From IMG/VR virus record IMGVR_UViG_3300037325_000203: DNA of 64,000 nt. One strand, written 5' to 3'. This document shows positions 20,073-30,355 of the stretch, piece after piece. Source of the DNA: a virus. Both the position numbers and the translations under genes were made by a program. The notes beneath the pieces are model-generated. The model worked only from the letters and a program-made list of their open reading frames with translations. It did no database searches and was not told the DNA's origin. Each line of letters starts with the position of its first letter. Position 1 is the first letter of the stretch.

Positions 20073-20270
20073 TCATTCTTCTGCTTCGAAATGTTCCAGT
20101 AATATTACATCAATGTGAGTTTGTTCACCATCTTCCCGTATAGCAAGATAAATTTCCTTGTCCAACACACTGATGCATTCCTGCACAATCAACTGGGCGA
20201 ATTTGTGATAATCAGGTCTTGGCAAGTCTTCCATGGACTGCTTTAGCAGTTGTTCAATTCGTTCATTCAT
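20073..20270 (-). CDS. Hypothetical phage protein (MNERI..FA.LIV.EC type)
   Basis: Small-ORF type common in phages. Confidence 0.65.
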   Translation of the reverse strand: MNERIEQLLKQSMEDLPRPDYHKFAQLIVQECISVLDKEIYLAIREDGEQTHIDVILLEHFEAEE

Positions 20271-20415
20271 GGGGTAACTCTGAAGTGTTCTTAACTAGCT
20301 TACCAAAGTAAGTTCGCTAATAAAATTGTTTTATTATTGGCGGTAACGAATCTTTTGCTTAAAAATATAGTGTACTATTATTTCTTTTATCTGTCAACTA
20401 CATTCAAAATTAAAA

Positions 20416-20645
20416 CTAGGTGATCGTAATTGGTTATTTTATTGTCTGGTCGATTTACTTTAATTACCCCGACCATATCACTAATCGTTAGTGACCGATT
20501 TCGTACTTGTGTCTGCTACGAACAACATATCGACATTCTGTCGCATATCCAATCTATTAGCGCTTAATATTTCTATCAAGTATAGCTTTGCGAGCTCACT
20601 GTCTTTGGCAACGATGCTTTATGTTTTAACTTGCTGTAATCACCT
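20416..20645 (-). ncRNA. Long CAGCAA-family ncRNA 1
   Basis: AGGTGAT-TACAGCAA...ATCACCT closing stem, internal hairpins, TCGACA-17-TATAAT upstream. Confidence 0.65.
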
Positions 20646-20690
20646 ATCAAACTTTATTATATAGTAACATCATTACAATGTCGACTAAAA

Positions 20691-20900
20691 ACAGAGTGGC
20701 GTAAGGAACACATAGTCTAAAAAGAATACATGTTGTACGGCCTTACCCGTAGATCGAACCTTTTACATCGTTCTAGGATGTTTATACCACTGTAAGTCTC
20801 CTTACGCAATAGGACCAGTTTCAACGAGTTTCCTCTCCACTGGATATATATGGTACGTACAGTTACCTTTCGGTAAGTTTTTGTTTGCTGTATCCACTCT
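20691..20900 (-). ncRNA. Long CAGCAA-family ncRNA 2
   Basis: AGAGTGG-ATACAGCAA...CCACTCT-GT closing stem, GNRA hairpins, TTGACT-18-TATAAT upstream. Confidence 0.68.
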
Positions 20901-20984
20901 TTGTGTATAACAAGTTCTATTATACAGTGTGTTTACTTATCTAGTCAACCCAAATCTGCTGCAGAAACAGGTTAACATATTGTC

Positions 20985-22223
20985 TTAAGAGTTGCGTTTA
21001 CCCATTAAAACAGAATCACGAATTCCGCCCTTCTTGTGAAGTTTATCAAGTTTTGCACTCATTACCGATAACTCTTCGCCATACTCTTTGAAGTATATGT
21101 CCTTTGCATTAGCTGACATACCTTTTGTTGGTACCATCAAATTCTGAAATAGAAGAGTAACAGTTGCATATGTCTGTTCGTCCTGACTTAGTGGCCTGGC
21201 TTCATCGGCTGTAGCTCGATTACGAGAGTCAACTGACATCTGATCTCTTACGAGTTCTGCAACTTTAGTCTGTGCTAATTTCAAAGCAGGAGACGAATTC
21301 CATATTGCAGGGAATTCAAACGATGCAACTTCTTTATCGTTTTCATCATAAACTGCATATCTCTTCTCATCTGGCAACACAGTATGATACGGGCGCTTTA
21401 TAGCCTCTGTCATTTGTTTTGTGTCTCGAAGATAGGCTAACTCTTTATCGATAAAGTCTGCGCCTCGCTTTAGTAATCTCTTATAGTCGGGGGACTGATC
21501 TTTAGTTTTAAATATATGGGCTATATCATGCATTTCTAATTGATATACAAGAATTTTGTGCATCTTGTCGCGTACCTGGGTTATACTAAGATTAGACTTT
21601 GCCAATCTATCAATCTGCGGAACTAAAGAATGCAATACCTGTACAAATCTTGCGTTAATTTCTGCCGGTTGGGCCAAGTAAGGCATGTCCGGTTTTCCGG
21701 GCTGTGGCGCTGTTCTGTGTGACTTGTCTTTGGGTTGAGAATATCTTCCATCGACTTTGTTGGCCTCGAATCCTGACTTAAAGTCATCTAGTGCATGTCG
21801 TAGTTCGTGTGCAATAATGGACTTTAGACTGGCTCGTCCCAATATGTCTTTATTAATCGTAATGCTTTCCTTATTACTATCCCAGACACCACGCGGGGCT
21901 CTGGCCAATTTATCGTCTTTGGCTACAAGCCCCAGGCTTCTTGCTGTGCTTAAAAAAGATTCGTCCGATTGTAAAATCAATTCTACAGAGTTTAATTCTT
22001 CCAGAGATGTATTAAAGATGTTTCCTATTTTACCGAGCTCGATTCTGTCCGAGGAACTGAAACTTGGGTCGAAGTCATCTCCATAGTCCGGATCATCATC
22101 GAGATCGAACTCATAGTCGTCGTACTCATACTCGTTCATCTTATCCGCAATTGCTGAGGCCAATGATATGATTGCTCGGTCTTCCTCCGAAGATTCATTT
22201 AAAAATAGCTCTATCAGTCTCAT
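20985..22223 (-). CDS. Putative virion-packaged protein with HExxH zincin motif
   Basis: AHELRHALD..EINAR; MRLIELF start; late motif at 22245. Confidence 0.7.
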   Translation of the reverse strand: MRLIELFLNESSEEDRAIISLASAIADKMNEYEYDDYEFDLDDDPDYGDDFDPSFSSSDRIELGKIGNIFNTSLEELNSVELILQSDESFLSTARSLGLVAKDDKLARAPRGVWDSNKESITINKDILGRASLKSIIAHELRHALDDFKSGFEANKVDGRYSQPKDKSHRTAPQPGKPDMPYLAQPAEINARFVQVLHSLVPQIDRLAKSNLSITQVRDKMHKILVYQLEMHDIAHIFKTKDQSPDYKRLLKRGADFIDKELAYLRDTKQMTEAIKRPYHTVLPDEKRYAVYDENDKEVASFEFPAIWNSSPALKLAQTKVAELVRDQMSVDSRNRATADEARPLSQDEQTYATVTLLFQNLMVPTKGMSANAKDIYFKEYGEELSVMSAKLDKLHKKGGIRDSVLMGKRNS

Positions 22224-22574
22224 AGTACATCCTTTAAGATTTACTATTTATCTATTTTTGAAGTAAGAGTGGGATTGGAATATAGATCCGAAATTATTTT
22301 GTCTGTATATTCAAGCACACACATAGAATAATTGCGTATACATCGACCTGCCTGAGCTGAGTTGATATTTCGACTCGCATGCAATGATCAGTTTACGTTT
22401 ATATTCCTCATGTGGATCAACAATATCAGCGCTGAGACAATATTCGACTGGCCCAACAGGCCCCTCTAGCATGTCACGAGCGGCAATATATTCATTTACC
22501 GCACATCGAGCAAGTTCTCATTGGTTGCCATCATACTTACACGCTACTGTAATTGTCGGTAGCAAGTGATAGAT

Positions 22575-22943
22575 TTACGCAACTGCTATACCTCGTAGAA
22601 TATCAAATTCGCTGGGTCGCATTCTTCTTTCAATCATAATATCCAGTCGGTCTTGATCACTCAGTGCTCTCCAAGAGTTAACGGCTTCTCGGTTACCCCA
22701 TGCAATATCGGGTACACAGTTAATAAACCACTTTGCAATAGAACGCAATCCATTCGGATCTATCCCCGAGTGTGCAGAGCATACTGCTCTTGTAAAGTTA
22801 TTAAGTAGTACGCTTGTTCCGAAATTACCTGGATCAAGCCCGTATGCCAAATAATTCCAGAATGCTTCTTGCATTTCTTCCGGCACACCCGGGTAATGCT
22901 CGAACATATCACGAAACTGTGGATGCATTCTTCTGTAAGTCAT
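22575..22943 (-). CDS. Hypothetical protein
   Basis: Y..GL.PG.F..VL.N..AWG motif. Confidence 0.65.
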   Translation of the reverse strand: MTYRRMHPQFRDMFEHYPGVPEEMQEAFWNYLAYGLDPGNFGTSVLLNNFTRAVCSAHSGIDPNGLRSIAKWFINCVPDIAWGNREAVNSWRALSDQDRLDIMIERRMRPSEFDILRGIAVA

Positions 22944-22964
22944 ATCATTTTTCTAAAATTGTAC

Positions 22965-24014
22965 TTAGTCTTTTTCTTTAAGCAAATATATGTTAGAAAT
23001 CGCTTTAAAGGAGAACTTGCCGTCGACTCTCTTAAACACTAACCCTTCCCTGACAGGATGGGTAATGCTCGTACCTTCCGCAAATTTTAGTATGTCTGCC
23101 ACAGTTTGTATACCGAGTGTATCCCTTAAATTTGCAGTGTGTGCAATAACAGGAACGTGTTCTGCCATTTTTCTATCTAACCCGAATACGTGCATGTTGT
23201 CAACAAATCCTCGACGGCTGCTCGGGGACAAATACGATCCTTGGTCGATATCGTAGATGTCAAAGATATACAGTTTAGCAGCGGATAATCCCTCTCGATT
23301 CTGTTGTATACCCGGGCCCATAAGTTCCCCTTGTACCGCGTAATTCTGCCGTAAAGACGCTAATACTGACTGTAGTCCGGAGTCGACGAACATACGAACA
23401 TAGGAGTTACCTCCATTCGTATCGTCAACACTTAATTCCCAATTCCTGCTACACACACCTGTGTCGCCATTGTTGTAATACGCAGTGAACGAAGTCCCGT
23501 CTAGCTTTAGAGAAACTTCGAACTTCGAATCAAATTCAGCGAATATATCAGCGCCAATATTCTGGCAACGCTCTTGCTCAGTTTTACTAATAAAGGACGG
23601 AAAATTTCCTCGAACCACACCGGCAAGTTCTGCGGGTATTTGAGCTTCCCACTTCTTAATTCCTAAATTAGCTGTAACGTCTGTGTCAACAGAAAGTGTA
23701 CCATTAGTACTGCCGAGTACAGACAAAGAACATACGAATCCTTGACTAAGCTGTCCGCGTAATTTAATAGTTTTCAGTCTATGGCCCTTATTCCCCTCAA
23801 ATATGCGCGAGCGTTTTTCAACAAGATGTTGCCAAGCCGGGTTATCATCAGGTAAAAAACTATCTACCTCGCAATAAATGCAAAGTTCTCCTACATAGAA
23901 TTCTCCCTTCTTTACAACGGCTTGCCACCCGTCGATCTTAGCCAACACAATGAGGTCGGCACCTTCGATCGGCAATAGTTCGTCAATTTTTCTAATTGTT
24001 GCTAAGTTTCTCAT
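22965..24014 (-). CDS. RNA ligase, DRB0094/Rnl2-like family
   Basis: LATIRKI..L.PIEGAD, KLRGQLSQG, KLDGTS, QGELMG, EGLVFK, FKAISN. Confidence 0.9.
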   Translation of the reverse strand: MRNLATIRKIDELLPIEGADLIVLAKIDGWQAVVKKGEFYVGELCIYCEVDSFLPDDNPAWQHLVEKRSRIFEGNKGHRLKTIKLRGQLSQGFVCSLSVLGSTNGTLSVDTDVTANLGIKKWEAQIPAELAGVVRGNFPSFISKTEQERCQNIGADIFAEFDSKFEVSLKLDGTSFTAYYNNGDTGVCSRNWELSVDDTNGGNSYVRMFVDSGLQSVLASLRQNYAVQGELMGPGIQQNREGLSAAKLYIFDIYDIDQGSYLSPSSRRGFVDNMHVFGLDRKMAEHVPVIAHTANLRDTLGIQTVADILKFAEGTSITHPVREGLVFKRVDGKFSFKAISNIYLLKEKD

Positions 24015-24468
24015 TTGATTTCTCACTTATTGTTTTAAGAATAGCTTCGTGATGAGGCCAATCCGGGCTGTGTGTTGTAAGTGACCTTACCTGCTCGCCA
24101 AAGACTAGAGAAAACATAATCGCCGATTCTTTTGTCTGAAAACTAAATCGATACCAACAGTTCGTAACCTTGTACGACGCAACATTGTACGAATCATTAT
24201 GAGTCCTTTTATTGTCTGAGTACATTGTATAACTCAAATCAACGTCGTCCATTATGACTGTTTCTATTAGTGCAGATTCTATCCACTGGCGTATCTTTAC
24301 CTTAGGGACTGGACTATTTCCGTATTTACTATTATACATATACACATGATATGGATAATCCGGACTAGGCCATATATAAGAATATCTTTGACTAGATGTA
24401 CAATATGCGTCTGTAAAATACCACTCCGCCATATTCTGTATTTCGTGTTTAGCAACCAATGTTCCCAT
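23992..24468 (-). CDS. Hypothetical protein
   Basis: 158-aa ORF. Confidence 0.6.
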   Translation of the reverse strand: MGTLVAKHEIQNMAEWYFTDAYCTSSQRYSYIWPSPDYPYHVYMYNSKYGNSPVPKVKIRQWIESALIETVIMDDVDLSYTMYSDNKRTHNDSYNVASYKVTNCWYRFSFQTKESAIMFSLVFGEQVRSLTTHSPDWPHHEAILKTISEKSNEKLSNN

Positions 24469-24652
24469 ATTGTAGTATATTTAGAAAAGCCGTATAAATG
24501 CAGCTTTGTGTGGACACGATTATATTTACTTCTAGTCTTTGTATTTTAATTGGGCTCATGACATTCCTTCGTATATTTTGTATTCATACTCCTAATCAGG
24601 AGAATGCAACTTGCCTACTGTAGTTATACTATATACATCAACTATGTCTGTG

Positions 24653-24937
24653 TCAACCAATAAGTGTAGCGACTAATATGTAGTCACGTGTCATATCTAT
24701 ATCTGTATTTATTTTTTCCAAATATGGAATTAAAGAAGTCTTGTTGCTTCGTTGTCTAAAAACAACTTCCAATCTGGATAATGCAGTAATATCTTTGTCT
24801 ATATTATCTATTATCTTTTTTATATCTTTGAAATTGGATAGTTTTCTGGAACTCTTTATAAGATCATACTTTATTGAATTCCAATCAGTAGCTGTCTTTA
24901 TTATCTTCATATATTTCTGAATATACTTGTCTGTCAA
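24653..24937 (-). CDS. Hypothetical protein
   Basis: 94-aa helical ORF. Confidence 0.55.
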   Translation of the reverse strand: MTDKYIQKYMKIIKTATDWNSIKYDLIKSSRKLSNFKDIKKIIDNIDKDITALSRLEVVFRQRSNKTSLIPYLEKINTDIDMTRDYILVATLIG

Positions 24938-25179
24938 ATGATCCGATTCTGGTTATTATAAAGTCGTAAAATAAATGTCGTAAAAAATAGCAGGAATTTC
25001 CTGCTATTTTAGAGATAGATGACCGTATATCAACGACTTATTCACAGCTTCAGTCGACCCATGGTGTTACATATTTTTCCTTAGTTAGTTAATGTCCCGG
25101 TCCGGGAACCTAATGTTTACACTAGGATTTTAAAAATAGGAGTTTGCATACTACCATTGGTATTATAGCACAATATATT

Positions 25180-25232
25180 GTTGCGGACAGTTGGATTTGA
25201 ACCAACAAGCTATCAGGCTGCTCCGTGCCGCG
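25180..25232 (-). pseudogene. tRNA-fMet-like remnant lacking anticodon arm
   Basis: CGCGG..GGAGCAGCCTGATAGCT joined directly to GTTGGTTCAAATCCAAC..CCGCAAC. Confidence 0.6.
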
Positions 25233-25244
25233 AATACTATTTAG

Positions 25245-25904
25245 TTACTTTGAACTTTCAATTCTATATATCTGCTCAGATAGTAGCTTAAAGTCTATGG
25301 TAATAGATTGAAGTTGAAATGACGAAAGAGGTAAGGATGTGTGTATGGACATATATCCTATGCCATCTGGCCCAAAAGCAGGCGGCAACCCTAAGCTACA
25401 CGTAGTAACTAATATGCTCTTAAGATCAGGCCAATTCCTGGATAGTCCACTGTTGGAGAATTTGTCGCATGACATCTCTCCTTGTATTACCGATATCATT
25501 TGATTATTACTAGAAGTGTCATCTGAAATGAATATTGGAAGAGTGCCTTCGTTACCCGACAATCGTTCATAAACAAGGCTTTCTAAATTCCTGTCATTGA
25601 ACTTCATATATATTGGTATTCTTAGATTTTGCTTAAATTCTAGTCTGTGTACTTCTAAGTACAGAAGTTTGGTTCTGTACTTTTTCATGAATAAATCTAT
25701 TAATTCCTTGCTTTCCGGAGACACATTACTTATATTTTTTATTGCAGTGATCTTACTGCCGAACAGTTTATCAGATATAATCTTAGAATGTGCATAGGAT
25801 ATATATCCAACTACCAAAATTAAAGTGGTCAGTGCTAACAGTACAACTTTGCGCAGAGTTAGCTTATCCAAAAATAATGAGAAATGCGATAATAAGTTTT
25901 CCAT
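25245..25904 (-). CDS. Single-TM membrane protein, possible T4 T-like holin
   Basis: N-terminal TM helix, soluble C-domain with two Cys; late motif upstream. Confidence 0.45.
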   Translation of the reverse strand: MENLLSHFSLFLDKLTLRKVVLLALTTLILVVGYISYAHSKIISDKLFGSKITAIKNISNVSPESKELIDLFMKKYRTKLLYLEVHRLEFKQNLRIPIYMKFNDRNLESLVYERLSGNEGTLPIFISDDTSSNNQMISVIQGEMSCDKFSNSGLSRNWPDLKSILVTTCSLGLPPAFGPDGIGYMSIHTSLPLSSFQLQSITIDFKLLSEQIYRIESSK

Positions 25905-25968
25905 ACTTATATTTATCTACAATCACCATATCACTTCTGTGCTATGTATATTACATACCTCTTCGAAC

Positions 25969-26229
25969 TTATCGGGATGTATGCGTCTGTAGTATTAGCC
26001 GTACACCGAATCTTAGTTTAAGTGCAAGTAAATCTGTCTCTGAAGTAACGTGGAATGTTACCACATCTGCATTACTTATAATTCTTTCTCCTGTTGCCAT
26101 GTCACGCCAGCCACTGTCTGTAGGGCCCATGGTATCTGCATAGACAATATCATATCTAACCTCTGTCACAATAAGAAAATCTATGTCTGACTGATTTGCA
26201 AAATTATATAAAGAGTATTGAGTCAACAT
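25969..26229 (-). CDS. Hypothetical protein
   Basis: 86-aa ORF. Confidence 0.55.
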   Translation of the reverse strand: MLTQYSLYNFANQSDIDFLIVTEVRYDIVYADTMGPTDSGWRDMATGERIISNADVVTFHVTSETDLLALKLRFGVRLILQTHTSR

Positions 26230-26304
26230 GCACTACCATAGTAGAATTATTATTTACTTAGTAATAAGGTTAAACATGCTTATGGAATAAGCATGCCATA
26301 GATG

Positions 26305-26514
26305 TTAATTATTGTCGGGTGCTACTGCTCCGCGACTCACGGAGCCTCTTACCTCTTTCGACTTCGAGGATGCTCGGCGTGCAGATTCGTCACTCAATTG
26401 TGCATCAATCATCATGCGCTTAAAATTAAAACGATCTTGCGAATCACGAAATGTACCAACTGCTAGCATGGCTTTTGTAGAAGGCCACATTTTAAAATTT
26501 TTGTCTGGTGTCAT
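26305..26514 (-). CDS. Hypothetical protein
   Basis: AAGGA RBS; ATGA overlap with upstream ORF. Confidence 0.6.
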   Translation of the reverse strand: MTPDKNFKMWPSTKAMLAVGTFRDSQDRFNFKRMMIDAQLSDESARRASSKSKEVRGSVSRGAVAPDNN

Positions 26515-26855
26515 TTATTTTTTCCTTGCTGTGTTTTTATAAAATTTCTAATAGAAAATACTTGTCTTTTTAGGCTTACAGTTTCCTTCAACGCCTTGTC
26601 GGCTATCGATTGTGCCCTGTTTACTTGCCCTAAGTTTACACTAGACTCTTGAACATTAGCAATCTTTGGTGCAATTTCTTTAAAATCTTCCTGCTTCAAA
26701 TAGACCCGAACATCATTTGTGGCTGGGTACCAGATCACATCGTCCACGTAAAACAAATCATCGAGCCAAACTTTATCTCCCGGCCTCGGTACATTAATGT
26801 TCTCGTACTCCCCATTATTCACTTCTTCTAAATCGATATAATATTTTATTTTCAT
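26511..26855 (-). CDS. Hypothetical protein
   Basis: Likely start MKIKYY overlapping aldolase stop. Confidence 0.6.
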   Translation of the reverse strand: MKIKYYIDLEEVNNGEYENINVPRPGDKVWLDDLFYVDDVIWYPATNDVRVYLKQEDFKEIAPKIANVQESSVNLGQVNRAQSIADKALKETVSLKRQVFSIRNFIKTQQGKNK

Positions 26856-27500
26856 TTTCTCGATGCCAACACAATCTTGCAAATATGTTCCAACCGTTCA
26901 ATGTGCTCGTATGCACGCCATGGGCTTGTATCAATCGAAACCACACCATGCCCCTTTATGCCGACAATATCAAAATCAATGTGGCCGTTGCTCTCTAATC
27001 TGAGATTAGTATGGCATTCATCTGCAAGTTCTTGACTGATAGGCGCCACGTCACCGACATTAGGGGCGACCTTAGTATATCGGTTGAGTTCCGGGAACGA
27101 CTCGCTGACCGCAGAAAGATCGATGCCGGCGTGCATTGCTGCGATGCAATACGTTGGATGAAAGTGCATGACTACACGAACATCCTTTTCATGTTGACCC
27201 ATCCTCTTCTGCAATCCAAAGTGTAGAGGGAGTTCACCAGACGGCTTCAGATTTTTGCTAATATCGGTCCAATCCATCACATGCGGATGTAAAGAATAAA
27301 AGGGTTGCGTAGCACTAAGAACTTCTTGAATTCCAATTTTCTTAAACTGATCTGGCTGAAGAGTTTGCTTTCTTACGCCGCTCGGAGTAATATAAAAATG
27401 GTCACGGTCATGATGACGAATAGATACATTACCGTCTCGACTGGTGATCCAGTTTCTCTTGTATGCATCTTGCATTACTTCGCAAATTGTTTCTAGCATT
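26852..27500 (-). CDS. Class II aldolase/adducin family protein
   Basis: DGNVSIR, ITPSG, PSGELPLH, HFHP, HGVV; likely start MLETICEV. Confidence 0.88.
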
Positions 27501-27551
27501 TTTTTCCTTTTTTGGCTGTACAGAATACCTGTATATAATTTATAAATTGTC

Positions 27552-28133
27552 TTACCGTGTTTGGTCCGGTATTCTATTTTCATACAGACCCTTTAGAATC
27601 TTATCTCTGCGTTTGTAAATAGCTGCATTAGAAATTCCTAATTTTACTTCTAACTCACCTATTGTATAGTCTTTCATTAGTTTAAGCAGGTCTACGTCAT
27701 CCCAGTTAACTTTTCTGCGACTTGTTGCTGCGCATTTATGGCTGCAAAACTTCATATTGGAATATTTATCATTGTTGCATATAGAGCATTTATCGACAAG
27801 TTTTTCAAATGCAATCTTATATTCGGCAAAAGATTCATCAAAAAGTTGGTATGTATCGGGGAGTCTTCTTACACCTGCATGTATCTCACCGTGACAATTG
27901 TTACAAACTAGTATACACTTTCTAAGTTCCGCAACTACGCTGGACCATTGTGCTGGATTGGCACGTAACCCCCCAAAAGATAGATCTTTAATAGATGGAT
28001 CTATGTGATGGAATGCCAGTGAATTAGTCGATGTATTGTATCCGCAGCATTGGCATTTACTACCCATAGCCTTTACCATTCTATCTTTGGTTCTTGCCCT
28101 CCATCTCTTTACTGCTTCGCTACTCTTAGACAT
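27552..28133 (-). CDS. HNH endonuclease
   Basis: C..CGY..L.FHH.DP..K..E..KC.LVC.NCH.EIH. Confidence 0.85.
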   Translation of the reverse strand: MSKSSEAVKRWRARTKDRMVKAMGSKCQCCGYNTSTNSLAFHHIDPSIKDLSFGGLRANPAQWSSVVAELRKCILVCNNCHGEIHAGVRRLPDTYQLFDESFAEYKIAFEKLVDKCSICNNDKYSNMKFCSHKCAATSRRKVNWDDVDLLKLMKDYTIGELEVKLGISNAAIYKRRDKILKGLYENRIPDQTR

Positions 28134-28307
28134 ATAACCTCTGTTTTATAGAAGTTATTTATCGTTAGAGCAGTAGTGTAGATACGCTTAGTGGGTGTGT
28201 CACGCATTATTGCGTATTACGTATTTTTATGCAAAATTGTGATACTATAACCGCATCTTCCGTAGTAGGCTACCGCATACGCCTAGCTTGCTCGAGGGGA
28301 ATATTCT

Positions 28308-28724
28308 TTAATACAGACTAAGATGCCCTGTGTACTCGTCAATTCTGTCACTAATACCGGGTCCAATAGCTAAGCAAGTGTGGGTGGGCTCATTGAACAC
28401 TGTCCTGCCGCTATCCTTAATTAAACAGTGGATGGTACCTGCTTCTAGCACTTTACTATATAGTTCTAGCAACTCTTCCTCACTATTTACCGCAAGACAT
28501 ACTTTTGTGAAACTATCTTGAAACAGCCAATGATCTAGCGCAGGCTTGTGCATCAAGTCCATATGGAATTGCTTCACGCTGAGCTCTTGGCCATTATTAA
28601 ATTTCTCAACAATATTGCCCTGAGTAAGGATGGCGCCCATACTGGCATGTGCTACCTGGGATGCCATTTTTCCATGCTTCATCTTGAGATCTTTGCGAAC
28701 TACAATAACTTGTTTGGTTTTCAT
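28308..28724 (-). CDS. pth2: Peptidyl-tRNA hydrolase Pth2
   Basis: KQVIVVRKDLKM..GK.ASQVAHAS, DSGRT, TCLAIGP, TGHL.L. Confidence 0.92.
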   Translation of the reverse strand: MKTKQVIVVRKDLKMKHGKMASQVAHASMGAILTQGNIVEKFNNGQELSVKQFHMDLMHKPALDHWLFQDSFTKVCLAVNSEEELLELYSKVLEAGTIHCLIKDSGRTVFNEPTHTCLAIGPGISDRIDEYTGHLSLY

Positions 28725-29038
28725 TTTTTCTATTGCCTAATACTGTATACCAATCACATGAGGTATATTGCACACCGAACTAAAAATAAGTGAATGTTTT
28801 GCTAATTGGTCATCGAGCTACTACAAGGACTCATGCGGTATTCGTTAGGTTATTTACCCTACTCTACTTAGACAAACCTTGTCCCAGATACCTATAATAT
28901 ATTTACAGTTTTTGCACATTTTCCCGACATTCGAGAGTAGATATAGTAAGACAGGATAGAGGCTAGAGGCTATCGCAGGCTTCCGACCTGTCATGCATAT
29001 CCACCGGCATATTCTCTTTCTTTGCTGCTCTTTTACTT

Positions 29039-29405
29039 AATTAGTGCTATGCCTGACAAAGGCAACTGTAGCCAATTACGGCTAACCCGATATGGTGTCT
29101 AAAGCGAGACACGGTAGAATTTTCATCTACGGTAATTATTACCATTCGTCGACCCCGACGCGGAGCCCGATTTACTGTCCGGGATCATATTCGGCACCAG
29201 CATAAGCCAGTGTGTCATCCAAAGACTTTAAAATTAGTGCTATAGGGCGGTAAAACCCCGTTTAGGTATTTCATACTTACGGGTCTAAAGCGAGACCCGG
29301 CATACGCTGTTGATGCTAAAGACAACCTGTTTAAGATGACAAGTTGAAAACTACCGTTACTGCGGAACAGTATTGAGGCACATTTTACTGGGTACCATCC
29401 TCAAG
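29039..29405 (-). ncRNA. Two tandem diverged copies of a ~180-nt structured RNA
   Basis: Both carry GGATG..CAGTAA..CCG.GTCTCGCTTTAGAC.C..TAGCACTAATT. Confidence 0.6.
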
Positions 29406-29669
29406 ATCTTAAACATCTTTCATCGACAATGAAAGATTAGAAATTATAGCTTGCGTAAGTTTTTCCAAATTGTCTTACGCTAACGGTTCGGCCCCCGATA
29501 TGTTTATTTAGTCCATGGACATAATAGTGTTACTACTCACTCGAGCTGTTTAGAGTAAACCTCACAAAACCTGCTGGTGCGTCTTGGGATAGCCAGTCAA
29601 CTCCCACTTCGACATAACGATTCGAAGTCGACCGGACAATCATTTACACGGATTGTCAGCGTGTGGATT

Positions 29670-29745
29670 TGGTTGGTCCTGCCAGGCTCGAACTGACGAC
29701 GTCCTCGGTGTAAGCGAGACACTCTACCAACTGAGTTAAGGACCA
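29670..29745 (-). tRNA. tRNA-Val(TAC)
   Basis: TCTCG-CTTACAC-CGAGG. Confidence 0.88.
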
Positions 29746-29822
29746 ATATCTTCTTATCTTACTACTATTATAGCTGTTAACATTGCTGCTGTCAAATCTT
29801 CTGTGGCAGTATTATTACTGTT

Positions 29823-29907
29823 TGGTGCCCTAAGAGGGACTCGAACCCCCACGCCTTGCGGCGCCAGAACCTAAATCTGGTGCGTCTTCCAATTTCGCCA
29901 TTAGGGC
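29823..29907 (-). tRNA. tRNA-Leu(TAG)
   Basis: CCAGA-TTTAGGT-TCTGG, long variable arm. Confidence 0.92.
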
Positions 29908-29952
29908 AACTAAACTATGTGCTTATTATAGCAGTTTATTTATCCTAGTCAA

Positions 29953-30129
29953 CTAAATCTCTCTGGAGTTTGCTGTGATGTTGGTAAGTGTTATTGCTTT
30001 GTCGAGGAGTTCGAATTGAATCTCGTCACCAGTTAACCATCCCAGCTGTACCATTAACTCGTCAGGTATTGGCAGGAGTAACTCTCCATTCTCACCCTCT
30101 TCTGGTGTCACTGTATACGAATTTAACAT
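29953..30129 (-). CDS. AbrB/MazE-like small protein (58 aa, below track cutoff)
   Basis: MLNSYTVTPEEGENGELLLPIPDELMVQLGWLTGDEIQF...; AAGGA RBS. Confidence 0.7.
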   Translation of the reverse strand: MLNSYTVTPEEGENGELLLPIPDELMVQLGWLTGDEIQFELLDKAITLTNITANSREI

Positions 30130-30347
30130 GTGGTTCCTTTTAATTTTTCAACTACTATGTCTTCCTCGGAGAACTCAAAAACAATGTCCCCGTAAGCTGG
30201 CATATTGATTCTACGTTTTATCAATTTCTCTGCTTCGGACTGGGTGTCGGTTGCGCCTATCGTAGTCCAAAAGTACCATGATTTAGCTTTACGTTCTGCA
30301 CGATACGGATACTTAGGATTACCGGTATATTTTACTCTATATTTCAT
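30123..30347 (-). CDS. Hypothetical protein
   Basis: Likely start MKYRV. Confidence 0.55.
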   Translation of the reverse strand: MKYRVKYTGNPKYPYRAERKAKSWYFWTTIGATDTQSEAEKLIKRRINMPAYGDIVFEFSEEDIVVEKLKGTTC

Positions 30348-30355
30348 AATTAAAC

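Noticed and set aside
28950-29030. Additional CAGCAA element
   Set aside because: CAGCAA is present but no convincing closing stem.
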